A stretch of 64,000 nucleotides of DNA from assembly GCA_964652155.1 (NCBI GenBank), contig CAZZBK010000001.1:61095-125094 (forward strand), read 5' to 3'. This document shows positions 16,835 through 26,097 of this stretch, piece after piece. The stretch is from an uncultured Planctomycetaceae bacterium (GTDB lineage Bacteria; Planctomycetota; Planctomycetia; Pirellulales; PNKZ01). Under the pieces are notes generated by a model. It was not told where the DNA came from. It did not search any database and saw only the letters and a list, made by a program, of their open reading frames with translations. Position 1 is the first letter of the stretch. The number at the start of each line of letters is the position of its first letter. The position numbers and the translations under genes were made by a program.

Positions 16835-16917
16835 GAGCCAGGGCGACCACCGGAATCCTGGTGTTTCCCGGCCTCGCGTTGCTCGCCGGGACTCATTCAC
16901 TGCGCAGGCGTCAATAG
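16835..16917 (+). repeat. Copy A of a conserved two-hairpin intergenic element (possible structured RNA)
   Basis: It is 74/83 nt identical by hand alignment to 61069-61151. Hairpin 1 is CCAGG(16838-16842)/CCTGG(16857-16861). Hairpin 2 is CCCGGC(16867-16872)/GCCGGG(16885-16890). It lies between the convergent 3' ends of the porin gene and the 16911..18047 gene, and overlaps the latter's stop codon. The strand assignment is tentative. Confidence 0.6.
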
Positions 16918-18047
16918 TTCGACGAGCGTTGGTGCTGCATGTGCTCACGCCGCCAACTGCGTCGCCACATGAGGGACGAACGATGGTAGGCATAGCACAA
17001 GACCCCCGAGACGGTCATCTGTGCGGCACACCAACCGCCGGCCGTGTTGCGAACGTCTCCCAGGTCCAGCGGCAACGACGGACTACTGCGCTCGCTGAGC
17101 ACGATCATGAAGCCGCCCGCGAACAACGCCGCGATGAGCGAGTTGAGCAACATGCCCAGCCGCAGCGTGACCCAATCGGGAATCGTGACGAGCCAGAGGG
17201 CATAGGTCACTTGCAGCAGCGCCACGCCGATCACGATCTGCGCCCATTGCGGAGCGTTCCAGACGGCGAGGTCATGGATCGCGGGGCCGAGACTAAAGAA
17301 CGCCGCGCCGGCGGTCATGCCGGCAAGCACGTAGGTCGTGCCAAGCCAGTCTCCCGAGGCGTGTTCTCCCCAACCGATCGTTTCCGGCGTGGCCAGTGCG
17401 AACCAACCGCTCGGCGGCGTCAGAGTGCGTTGCGTTTGCAGGGCGGGAGACGCCATGCCGGCGGTCATCGAACGCACCGAGTAATTCACCGGCGCAGGAG
17501 CCGGGGCATACACGGGCGCTGTGTAAGCCGGATACGCTGTCGGCAGCGGCGTGCTCGTCGCGATGGGCGTGGGCAAGGGTGCGGCGATGGGCGCGGCATG
17601 CGACGCTGAGGTGTATGGGGTCAAGGGCGCTACGGGCCTGACCGGCGCAGGCTGAGACGGAAGCGTTCGGGACTGCGGGGCTGCCGGTGGTTGTTGACGC
17701 GCAGCCGTCGGCAGTGGCGGCGGCGGGAATCGCGGTGACGACGACTCCGGGTCGATCCCCAACTCTTCGAGCAGTGCTCGCTCAAGATCGTCCTGCGGTT
17801 CGGCCGGCGGCTTCACAGGGGTGACGGCCGCTTCAAACTCGATGTCGACTTCAATCTCTTCTTCTTCGGGCGCGTACTGTTCCAACTCGAAGGGGTCGGG
17901 CTGACGCTTAGGTCGATGGCTGATTTTGGGCACCGGCTCAGGCACATAGAGCCGTTGGTGACAGACCGGGCAGCGACCTTTCTTGCCCGCGCGATGGTCG
18001 GGTACGACCAGACGATGGCCATTGGGGCATACGAACTTGATCGACAT
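16911..18047 (-). CDS. Zinc-ribbon, Pro-rich-linker membrane protein, function unknown
   Basis: The 378-aa ORF has an N-terminal CPNGH...CPVCH zinc-ribbon-like motif, a long Pro/Ala-rich linker, and about four C-terminal TM helices. Confidence 0.6.
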   Translation of the reverse strand: MSIKFVCPNGHRLVVPDHRAGKKGRCPVCHQRLYVPEPVPKISHRPKRQPDPFELEQYAPEEEEIEVDIEFEAAVTPVKPPAEPQDDLERALLEELGIDPESSSPRFPPPPLPTAARQQPPAAPQSRTLPSQPAPVRPVAPLTPYTSASHAAPIAAPLPTPIATSTPLPTAYPAYTAPVYAPAPAPVNYSVRSMTAGMASPALQTQRTLTPPSGWFALATPETIGWGEHASGDWLGTTYVLAGMTAGAAFFSLGPAIHDLAVWNAPQWAQIVIGVALLQVTYALWLVTIPDWVTLRLGMLLNSLIAALFAGGFMIVLSERSSPSLPLDLGDVRNTAGGWCAAQMTVSGVLCYAYHRSSLMWRRSWRREHMQHQRSSNY

Positions 18048-18126
18048 AGTTTTCGGCCTCGCGACATCTCATCTTTATCGAGTGTCGTTGGCGGCGCATC
18101 GTCGGTCAAGTCAAGTCGGCTGAAGT

Positions 18127-20250
18127 TTACTGGTCTTGGAAGACCCGCGTGACTTCTTCCTTGGTCACGGGAATTTGCAGGTCGGCGCTTTTCACCTGCA
18201 CCGCAATCTTCAAATCTCCCTGCCGAAGCGCCTGGACGCGGACGTGGTAGACGGCCTCGGCTTTGGGAGCCAGTTGGGCCAGCGGCTGGAAGACAAATTG
18301 CTGGCCGGCAAACTCATAACGCGCGGGCCCCTCGGCCGACAGCGGCTTCATTTCTGGCGGCAGCATGCCGAGCACGCTCACGTTTTCGGCCACCTTCGAG
18401 CCCTGGTTCGTCACGCGAATTTCGTAGGTCGTTTCGCCACCCACCTCGATCGGATCTTGCAGGTCGAGCACCTGAAACACGAGCGCGGCGACCCCTTCGA
18501 CCCGAATCACCTCACGCTTTTCGGTCGCGAGCCCGTTCTGAGCGCTGCCCGCAATCCGCAGCGGCATCTCGCCGGCTTCGTTGGCCTGCACGGTGACCGT
18601 GACCTTGCCAACCTCTTTCGCCGGCAACTCTTCGAGCAGCCAATGCACCGATCGCGTCACCGGGTTGAACTGACCAGAATTATTCGCTTCAACAAATTCC
18701 ATGCCTGGGGCAAGGTAAGTCGCTAGCGCGACGTTTTGTGCCGGAGCCGTGCCAGGGTTTGACAACGAAATGGTGTACACGCTCGGTCGGTCGAGGAACC
18801 GACGTCGCGAACCTTCGAGTGCCACCTCAAGTGCCGGAGCGACAATCTTCAGCGCGCTCTCTTTCATGGCCTGCAACTGCCCTTCGCCGCGCGCGAATAG
18901 CCGGTTCACCACGTCGCCGGGGCGGACCGCCTTCATGACCAAATCCAGCTCGCGTGTCTCGCCCGGACGCAAGTCCCCCAGCGCGTGCTCAAGCTCTGGG
19001 CCGGCCGGATGTTCCAAATTGACCGGGACCTGTTCCGCAAGCACGACCCCCGTGGCAATGCCCGTGCCGGGGTTCGAGACCCGAATCGACAGCGTGACCG
19101 TTTCACCGATCAACGCTTCGCGCGGACTGCTCACATCAAGGACCAACTCAGGCCGGGTCGACACGGTTCGATTCGTGCTGGCGACGCCCAAGCGGACCGT
19201 CGCCACGCTGCCAAGTTCACCCTCGGCGACTGGCAGCACCTCGACGGTCACGGTCACTTCATCGTTCGGCTTGAGTACGCCGACGCTCCAGAGCAACTCA
19301 CCGCGCGGTCCGATGTTGGCGCGAGGCGAGGTCGCCACGAGTTGTGTCCCCGCGGGCACCTCATCGCGAATCTCGACATCATGGGCCGCGACCGCGCCAA
19401 CGTTTCGTACCGCGATGCTGAACTTGGCGGACTTGCCCACCTGCACCTCGGCCGGAGCGGACTTTTCCACGATCAGTGACGGTGCCTGCGGGCCCTCTTG
19501 GTACTTCGGGCCTGGGCGACCGGTGCCGATATTTGCCGCCGCTGTTTGTGGAGCCGCAGATTGTGGAGCCGCGGTCGGAGTGGAGACTGAACTCGGTACG
19601 CTGTAGCTCGGTGCTGTTGGCAGCGCTGCCGGGCTCGTTTGTGGAGACGCTGGGAGTGGGACTGGGTTGTTCGACGCCGAAGGCAACGGACTCGGCACAG
19701 GCACCGGAGTCGGTGCAGTCGGCTGAGGTGGCGCTGAAAGCTTCGATGGCAACGGGCGTGGTTCGTTCGATGGTTGCGGAGTGGCCGGGGTGTCGCTGGC
19801 GAACGCATCTGCGGTCTCGTTGGCCGACCCACTCACACGGCGAATCGACGGTGACGAAGTCTCTGCATCGGCCGCGATCGGCGTAACGACCTTGGCGTTG
19901 TTCACTCGCACGCCATACTCGGGTGTACGAACCGCCTCGGGGCCGTAACGCCCAGCTTCCCCCGACGGAGGAAAACTCACCTGGGCACGGTTACTCGGCC
20001 GGTAACGGTAGTCGCCGTCGGTGATGAACCGGTTCGGATCGCGGGCCGGGTCGTAATCGATCGACGATGGCCCTTGGACCACGGGCAAGGGACGCGCGGG
20101 CAAATTGGCCGGCAACCGTGCCGGTTCAGCCGCCTCGGCCGCATTGGGACCCACGGCGACATTCATGCCACGTTGCAGCAATGAAATGCCTAGCCACACA
20201 GTCACGGCCACGACGCTCACGGTCGTCAAAGCGATCAGCGCGCGTTTCAT
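18127..20250 (-). CDS. DUF11 (conserved repeat domain) surface protein with an N-terminal anchor and a Pro-rich region
   Basis: The 707-aa ORF has an N-terminal TM/signal anchor and a Pro-rich spacer. It then has about four repeats of an Ig-like module of roughly 110 aa with DUF11-like patterns (for example [21 protein letters not shown] and [23 protein letters not shown]). Confidence 0.7.
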   Translation of the reverse strand: MKRALIALTTVSVVAVTVWLGISLLQRGMNVAVGPNAAEAAEPARLPANLPARPLPVVQGPSSIDYDPARDPNRFITDGDYRYRPSNRAQVSFPPSGEAGRYGPEAVRTPEYGVRVNNAKVVTPIAADAETSSPSIRRVSGSANETADAFASDTPATPQPSNEPRPLPSKLSAPPQPTAPTPVPVPSPLPSASNNPVPLPASPQTSPAALPTAPSYSVPSSVSTPTAAPQSAAPQTAAANIGTGRPGPKYQEGPQAPSLIVEKSAPAEVQVGKSAKFSIAVRNVGAVAAHDVEIRDEVPAGTQLVATSPRANIGPRGELLWSVGVLKPNDEVTVTVEVLPVAEGELGSVATVRLGVASTNRTVSTRPELVLDVSSPREALIGETVTLSIRVSNPGTGIATGVVLAEQVPVNLEHPAGPELEHALGDLRPGETRELDLVMKAVRPGDVVNRLFARGEGQLQAMKESALKIVAPALEVALEGSRRRFLDRPSVYTISLSNPGTAPAQNVALATYLAPGMEFVEANNSGQFNPVTRSVHWLLEELPAKEVGKVTVTVQANEAGEMPLRIAGSAQNGLATEKREVIRVEGVAALVFQVLDLQDPIEVGGETTYEIRVTNQGSKVAENVSVLGMLPPEMKPLSAEGPARYEFAGQQFVFQPLAQLAPKAEAVYHVRVQALRQGDLKIAVQVKSADLQIPVTKEEVTRVFQDQ

Positions 20251-20489
20251 ACGAGCAAGTCCTCGCGGACGAAATGAGAAGAAGATGGGGGCGGGTTAAA
20301 TACCAGAACCCCGCTCCGCTCGAAAGGGCAGTTGACCAACGAACGGACCGTTTTTCATCGGCGACAGGGGATTTGCCTTCATCTGATAAGGTTGGTAACC
20401 TAGGGAGATACAGCCCGTCGTTTTTCATCCCGCCCGATTGCCTCGCGGAGCGTCAGTCTCGACGTTCCTGGCATGGCCTGTTGATATCT

Positions 20490-21698
20490 ATGACAGCATC
20501 TCCGGACTCGAATCGCTTCGACGTTTCCTTCGCGGTGCCGTTTGTCCACCGCCTGCGTTTTACCCAAGACGTGCTGGGAGCCGATTCGGGCACGTTGCTC
20601 GAACTGCTCGAGTCCTCGGAGGGAAAACTGCCCCGCGTGCAGTTCTGGATCGACGAGTGTTTGGCTCAGTCGCGTCCCGACTTGAAGCAACGCATTAATG
20701 CCTTTGTGCGCAACCACGGCGACCGCTTGATTAGCACCGGCAACGTGCAACTGGTTCCCGGCGGAGAAATTACCAAGAACGACATTCATATCCTGGAGCG
20801 GATGCTCAAGGTGTTCAACGCGGCCGACCTGGATCGACGTTGCTACGTGGTCGTGATCGGCGGCGGCGCGGTGCTCGATGCCGTCGGGTTTGCCGTGGCG
20901 ATCGCGCATCGTGGCCTGCGGTTGATACGCTTGCCCACCACGACGCTTGCTCAGGCCGACTCCGGCATCGGGGTCAAGAACAGCGTCAACCTGTTCAACA
21001 AGAAGAACTGGCTCGGGACGTTCGCGGTCCCCTGGGGGGTGATCAACGACGCCGCACTGCTCGAGTCCCTGGGCGATCGCGATTTCATTTGCGGCTTTAG
21101 CGAGGCGGTCAAGGTCTCGTTGCTCAAAGACCCCGGCATGTTCACGCGGCTTTGCGACACGGCGGGTGCGATTCGACGCCGCGAGAAGGCCCCGTCACAA
21201 ACGATGATTCGCGAATCGGCGCGTTGGCACTTGCAGCACATCACGCGCGGCGGCGATCCGTTCGAGATGAACGAGGCGCGGCCGTTGGACTACGGTCACT
21301 GGTCGGCCCATAAGCTCGAAACCATGACCCAGTTCGCGCTGCGGCACGGCGAGGCGGTGGCGATGGGCGTGGCGATCGACACGGTGTATTCGTCGCTCGC
21401 ACACGGCCTCGATCCGCGCGATGCCCAGCGGGTGCTTGACTGCCTGGCCGATCTAGGCTTCAAGCTGCACGACCCGGCGCTCGATGACGCCGATCTGCTC
21501 TTTCAGGGCATGGAAGAATTTCGCCAGCATCTTGGTGGGCGGCTCACGCTAACCATGCTGCAAGCGGTTGGCCAGCCGATCGACGTACATGCGATCGACC
21601 GCGCGGGCATGCTCGAGGCCATCGAGCGCGTCTCGACGTTTGCCCGCGAGCGCCATGCCGAGACCCAACGGGTCGTGCATCGCGAAGAGCCTAGTTAG
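20490..21698 (+). CDS. 3-dehydroquinate synthase-like sugar phosphate cyclase superfamily protein
   Basis: Track ORF 20067..21698. I placed the start at [10 protein letters not shown] (ATG 20490) because the 141-aa upstream extension is Arg/Pro-rich and overlaps the divergent promoter region. Motifs are [47 protein letters not shown] and GHWSAHKLE. Confidence 0.8.
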   Translation: MTASPDSNRFDVSFAVPFVHRLRFTQDVLGADSGTLLELLESSEGKLPRVQFWIDECLAQSRPDLKQRINAFVRNHGDRLISTGNVQLVPGGEITKNDIHILERMLKVFNAADLDRRCYVVVIGGGAVLDAVGFAVAIAHRGLRLIRLPTTTLAQADSGIGVKNSVNLFNKKNWLGTFAVPWGVINDAALLESLGDRDFICGFSEAVKVSLLKDPGMFTRLCDTAGAIRRREKAPSQTMIRESARWHLQHITRGGDPFEMNEARPLDYGHWSAHKLETMTQFALRHGEAVAMGVAIDTVYSSLAHGLDPRDAQRVLDCLADLGFKLHDPALDDADLLFQGMEEFRQHLGGRLTLTMLQAVGQPIDVHAIDRAGMLEAIERVSTFARERHAETQRVVHREEPS

Positions 21699-22357
21699 GG
21701 GCGCGTGTATCGCCCGGTGGGCTCGCGGCACAAATTGGCGTCGAGTGTATTCACGCGTTTAGCTTCCATGCCCGGCTCGGTGAGCGAACGCACGTCGGGA
21801 ACACGCACGGTGATTTCATCGCGCGAAATTTGCTTAATCACGTCGACTTGCACGATCTCGATAAAACCGTTCGCGTTCTGGATCGCGGCGTAACGCTTGT
21901 TGGCTTGCAGTTTCAGGACGATGCATCCTTCGACGTTCGCCTGTTCGTAGGTGAACCAGATGCTGCCGTTGGCTCCCGACGGACTCAAATTGGCCAGTCG
22001 CGGATGCGGCTTGTCGGCAGGCGCGGTGAAGCGATGGGCACGATCAACCTTCAGTACGTGGGGCAGGGGCACTTGCGAGCCGCTCGAGGCAATCACGCCG
22101 TACCGAAACGGGGTCCCCAGCCGATTTTCGATGATGACGGTTCGCTTGGCCTCGGCAAACTCGCGCTCATAACGCAGCCGTTGCTCGTCGCGCTCCCCTT
22201 CGTTGAGCAACTCGGCGGGCGCGGGGGTTCGATCGGGTTGCGGCACCATCGCCGTCTGAGAAACGTGGCTGTGCAACTCGAACGGCGCGGCCGACAACGG
22301 TCGTCCAAGGTGCGTTGCCAGGATGAAAAGAGCAGCAACCCATAGCATGCGATTCAT
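21695..22357 (-). CDS. Secreted hypothetical protein
   Basis: The 220-aa ORF has a signal peptide ([22 protein letters not shown]). I recognised no other motif. Confidence 0.5.
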   Translation of the reverse strand: MNRMLWVAALFILATHLGRPLSAAPFELHSHVSQTAMVPQPDRTPAPAELLNEGERDEQRLRYEREFAEAKRTVIIENRLGTPFRYGVIASSGSQVPLPHVLKVDRAHRFTAPADKPHPRLANLSPSGANGSIWFTYEQANVEGCIVLKLQANKRYAAIQNANGFIEIVQVDVIKQISRDEITVRVPDVRSLTEPGMEAKRVNTLDANLCREPTGRYTRP

Positions 22358-22459
22358 GTGCGAACCTACGGCATAAAAAGACAGAGACCTGATCTTGTCC
22401 GTCTCAAGTCTAGCTTACGGTTTACGCGCACGGTGAATCGCTGTCAAAACACGAAAATG

Positions 22460-23332
22460 CTAAAAAATCGACTCGTTATGCGGTTTTCGCTGAATCGCTT
22501 CCTGCCACACGTACCGCAGCGGGCCATACAACACAAACGCCGCGCCGATCATCGGCACCGCATAAGACCGGACGATCATGATCAGCATCAGCACAAAGAT
22601 CAGGCCCACCAAGTGCGCAAAGCTGTGCTGTCCGCGAAATGTCTGGTTGACGATATGTGGATACGGGATGCGTGAGACCATCAGTGCCGCGACCAGCAAT
22701 CCGAAAAATGGCAAAATCGTTTGCATCCATTGATCGATGCTCTGCGCGTAGCTGAGCGTGTTGGCGTCGTTGCGGAGCGTGTAGAACAAAATGGCGAAGC
22801 CGGCAATTGAGGCTGCCGCGGCCGGCGAGGGCAAGCCGCTGAAGTTCATGTGGTCGTCTTCTTCGTCGATCTCGGCATTGAACCGCGCCAAGCGAATCGC
22901 CGCGCAGGCCGCGAACGTCGCCGCGATTAGCCAGACCCGCTGCGAGTGCTCGAATGTATAAGTGGGGCAAAGCTTGACCAATAGAAACGCGGGGGCAACG
23001 CCGAACGTGACGACATCGCACAGGCTATCGAGCTGCGCGCCAAAATCGCTCGTGACCTTCGTGAGCCGGGCGACATGACCATCGAGCGCGTCAAACACCA
23101 TCGCCAAAAAAATCAGCCAGCCGCTGAGCATGCAATTGTGAACCGGATCGTTTTTGTCCAACTGCTTGAACATGCCGACCGGACTCGACGGGGCAATCGC
23201 GACCGCCGTGGGAATGTCGGGCGAGGTTGGGGTCTCGACCCGTGCGGCCACGACGATGGCAAAGAACCCGCACACCAAATTCCCCAGTGTGAATAGCGCC
23301 GGCAACACGGCAATCGTGCGAAGGCGACTCAT
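22460..23332 (-). CDS. pssA: CDP-diacylglycerol--serine O-phosphatidyltransferase
   Basis: The sequence has an exact CDP-alcohol phosphatidyltransferase motif, DGHVARLTKVTSDFGAQLDSLCD (D-G-x2-A-R-x8-G-x3-D-x3-D). It is polytopic and is coupled to psd by a 4-nt overlap. Confidence 0.85.
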   Translation of the reverse strand: MSRLRTIAVLPALFTLGNLVCGFFAIVVAARVETPTSPDIPTAVAIAPSSPVGMFKQLDKNDPVHNCMLSGWLIFLAMVFDALDGHVARLTKVTSDFGAQLDSLCDVVTFGVAPAFLLVKLCPTYTFEHSQRVWLIAATFAACAAIRLARFNAEIDEEDDHMNFSGLPSPAAAASIAGFAILFYTLRNDANTLSYAQSIDQWMQTILPFFGLLVAALMVSRIPYPHIVNQTFRGQHSFAHLVGLIFVLMLIMIVRSYAVPMIGAAFVLYGPLRYVWQEAIQRKPHNESIF

Positions 23333-24309
23333 GATAAACTCCTAGCAAGAGGCTCGTCCGGATACTGAGCAAACACCGTGCTCCCGGCCGAGACGTTTTG
23401 TCCGACGGAGACCATGACCTGCACGCCCGGTTGATCGGGAATGAGAATTTCGGTGCGCGAGCCGAGCTTGATCATGCCAATTTTTGCGCCGCGCTCGACG
23501 ACCTCGCCGCTGCGCAGCGCACAAACAATGCGTCGCGCGAACAGGCCGGCGATCTGGCGCACCACGATCTTGCGGTGCGGCGCAGCCTCTTCCTCCAGTC
23601 CAATCCACATGCTCTCGTTGAGCAGCACGCTCGTCGGGTTGAGTGCGTTGAGAAACTTGCCGGGCCAATAACGCAAACGAATCACGCGACTGCGCGCCGG
23701 GGCGCGGTTCAGATGCACATTAAAGATCGACAAGAAAATGCCAATCTTGATCGCTGGCCCAGCGATGAATTCATCGAACTCGACTCGCGAGACTTCGGCG
23801 ATTTTTCCGTCGGCCGGCGAGACAATCAGCCCCGCTGCGGCAGGGATCGCTCGTCTCGGATCGCGAAAGAATGAAATGACCCAGATGAGGAGGAGCCCCG
23901 GAACAATCGCCGCGTACACGCTGAACTTCAGGCCGAGCGCAATGCACAGCATCAGCAGCGGAGTCGACATCAGCAGCGTTTCGGCCAACCCCCAGCGAGC
24001 CAGCCCGAGACGCTCACGGTATTGAAACGGATCGTCTGCTGCGGTCCAATCGGCCGTGCAGAGATTGCGGCAGTACTTCAAGTCGCGTGGGTCGAGGATC
24101 TCGTGCGGCGCGCCGTGCTCGTCGCCCGTCCGCTTGGCGGCCATCCTTCGCACATAGCCGCGGCGAAATGTTTTGAGCCACGCTCGGCGCCATTGTCCCC
24201 AGGCCAACTCGACTTGGTAGCAAAAACCGCCCCCCGGCTGAACACTGGTGATATTCTCCGGCAAGGGCTCGGGCGTGGCGCGTGCTGGCATCGTCTCGGC
24301 TTGGCTCAT
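23329..24309 (-). CDS. psd: Phosphatidylserine decarboxylase family proenzyme (short Asd/PSD type) with an N-terminal extension of about 110 aa
   Basis: The C-terminal KIGMIKLGSRTEILIP carries the G-S-(R/T) self-cleavage motif. The gene is adjacent to and overlaps pssA. Confidence 0.8.
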   Translation of the reverse strand: MSQAETMPARATPEPLPENITSVQPGGGFCYQVELAWGQWRRAWLKTFRRGYVRRMAAKRTGDEHGAPHEILDPRDLKYCRNLCTADWTAADDPFQYRERLGLARWGLAETLLMSTPLLMLCIALGLKFSVYAAIVPGLLLIWVISFFRDPRRAIPAAAGLIVSPADGKIAEVSRVEFDEFIAGPAIKIGIFLSIFNVHLNRAPARSRVIRLRYWPGKFLNALNPTSVLLNESMWIGLEEEAAPHRKIVVRQIAGLFARRIVCALRSGEVVERGAKIGMIKLGSRTEILIPDQPGVQVMVSVGQNVSAGSTVFAQYPDEPLARSLS

Positions 24310-24353
24310 TCCGGCAAAAAGACACGGGGTGAACGGAGGTTTGTTGAGCCCCT

Positions 24354-25181
24354 CTATCGTATCGGGGCGGACGAGGCTTCGCCAGTTGGCGGTGGTTCGC
24401 CGCCGCTCAATCGCGCCGGCACCGGCAGCGCGATCGAGAATCGCGTCCCCCGCCCCAGTTCACTCTGCACGAAAATGGTGCCCCCATGCGCCTCGACGAC
24501 CTTCCGTGTCGTGGGAAGCCCAAGGCCCGATCCGCCGGGTTTCGTCGAGTAAAATGTTTGAAAGATTTTGGCAATCGTCTCTTGGTCCATGCCGCAGCCG
24601 GTGTCGATGAGATGCACGGCGATGCCGCGCGGGGTCGCTTCGGTGATGACGACCAATTGCCCGCCATCGCTCATCGCCTGTTGGGCATTGAGCACGAGGT
24701 TCAACAATGCGCCGCGAAACTGTTCGCGGTCCAGTAGCACGAGCGGCAGGTCATGTTGCAGGTAGGGGACGATTTCGATTTTGTGTTCAATGGCTTGCGG
24801 CCGATAGAACTCGATCAACTGCTCCAGTTCTTCGTTCAGATTGGTCGGCACGAGTTTGAGTGGCCGAACGCGCGTGAAACTCAAAAAGTCATCGAGCACG
24901 GTTTGCAGCCGCTGACATTCGCGCTGCACCATTTGCACCTTGGCCAGGGCGCGACGCGTGCGGGGCGAGTCATCCTCGGCCAGGTCTTCGGCCAGCAATT
25001 CCATGTTCAGCCGGATCGTCGACAGCGGGTTTTTGATCTCATGAGCCAAGCCGCCGGCCAACCGCGCGATTTCGGTATAGGCATCCGTCAGCCGCTGATC
25101 GACGTGGTCGCTCGATGAGGAATAGGGAGGATTCATGGGGGGCGTAGCAGTGGCGGTCGAGTTCGGCACCTGTTTATTCAA
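24354..25181 (-). CDS. Soluble sensor histidine kinase (HisKA + HATPase_c), no TM or recognisable sensor domain
   Basis: It has the H-box LAHEIKNPLSTI, N-box LLNLVLNAQQAM, G1 DTGCGM and G2 GGSGLGL. No response regulator gene is adjacent. Confidence 0.85.
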   Translation of the reverse strand: MNKQVPNSTATATPPMNPPYSSSSDHVDQRLTDAYTEIARLAGGLAHEIKNPLSTIRLNMELLAEDLAEDDSPRTRRALAKVQMVQRECQRLQTVLDDFLSFTRVRPLKLVPTNLNEELEQLIEFYRPQAIEHKIEIVPYLQHDLPLVLLDREQFRGALLNLVLNAQQAMSDGGQLVVITEATPRGIAVHLIDTGCGMDQETIAKIFQTFYSTKPGGSGLGLPTTRKVVEAHGGTIFVQSELGRGTRFSIALPVPARLSGGEPPPTGEASSAPIR

Positions 25182-25339
25182 CTATTCTTCCTGTCTTGGT
25201 CGATTATTGCTAGTCCCAAGAAAGAACAACCGCTAACCTGGGAGTGACTTCGAACCCATCGAGGGTTGCTGGCCGGCTGCTGACTTCCTGTCGCGCAGCA
25301 ATCAACGAATTCATCCCAAACCGTCAGCAGCTAAAAATC

Positions 25340-26017
25340 ATGGCAACCAATTCTTGGTTGGCGAGAAAGACGCGGCAACACCTACAGCCCTATCTGGTCG
25401 AATACAAGCAGCATGTGGCGCGGGCGCTCGCTGCCCATATGCACAGCGGCTGGAACGTGCTTGACGTCGGTTGCGACGACGGCACCACGGCCGCGCTCAT
25501 CCAGCAGCTCCAGAGCGGATTGGAATTCGAGGGGGTCGACATCCAGTCGCTGCGGGCGTGTAAAATTCCACGCAGTATTTACGATGGCCGCACGCTCCCC
25601 TTCGCGGATAACACGTTCGACGCCGTGATGGCTGTCGACATGCTGCATCACACGCGGCATATCGACGTGCTGGTCAACGAGATGGCGCGCGTGGCGCGGC
25701 ATACGGTCATCATCAAGGACCATCTGACGACCGGGTTGATGTCGTGGTTGCTCGTCTCGGCCGGGGACGCGGTGACGAATATCCCGTTTGGCATTCCGTG
25801 CGCCTACAATTTCCCCACGAAGTTGCGTTGGCTCGAATACTTTAGCGCGGCGGGCCTGGAGGTCCAGAACTACGAAGACGACCTCGCGTTGCCCAAGGGC
25901 TGCATTCGTCGTTTTAACCCGCTATTTATTTTGAACAAGATGACTCCTGAGCAGGCCGTTGTTCCCTCGACGAGCACCATGCGTGCGTTGCTGCCGAAGT
26001 TGCCCCAAGGGGCCTGA
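25340..26017 (+). CDS. Class I SAM-dependent methyltransferase
   Basis: It has motif I VLDVGCDDGTTA and the post-I/II segments FADNTFDAVMAVDMLHH. The track ORF starts at GTG 25244; I prefer the ATG at 25340. Confidence 0.75.
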   Translation: MATNSWLARKTRQHLQPYLVEYKQHVARALAAHMHSGWNVLDVGCDDGTTAALIQQLQSGLEFEGVDIQSLRACKIPRSIYDGRTLPFADNTFDAVMAVDMLHHTRHIDVLVNEMARVARHTVIIKDHLTTGLMSWLLVSAGDAVTNIPFGIPCAYNFPTKLRWLEYFSAAGLEVQNYEDDLALPKGCIRRFNPLFILNKMTPEQAVVPSTSTMRALLPKLPQGA

Positions 26018-26097
26018 CAGGTTATGATCGGAGTGAAATATATGACGCCGCTGCTGGAAAGCGCGTGCGTCGCAATCACTCTCTCGGAACACGCAGC

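Noticed and set aside
20067-20489. The 141-aa N-terminal extension of the DHQS-like ORF in the track. Analogous extensions occur at 1821..3470 (70 aa), 37631..39190 (73 aa), 52544..54295 (27 aa) and 36645..37742 (19 aa).
   Set aside because: The extensions are Arg/Pro-rich and run through intergenic or regulatory sequence or the upstream gene. Downstream Met codons give proper signal peptides or ATGA-coupled starts.
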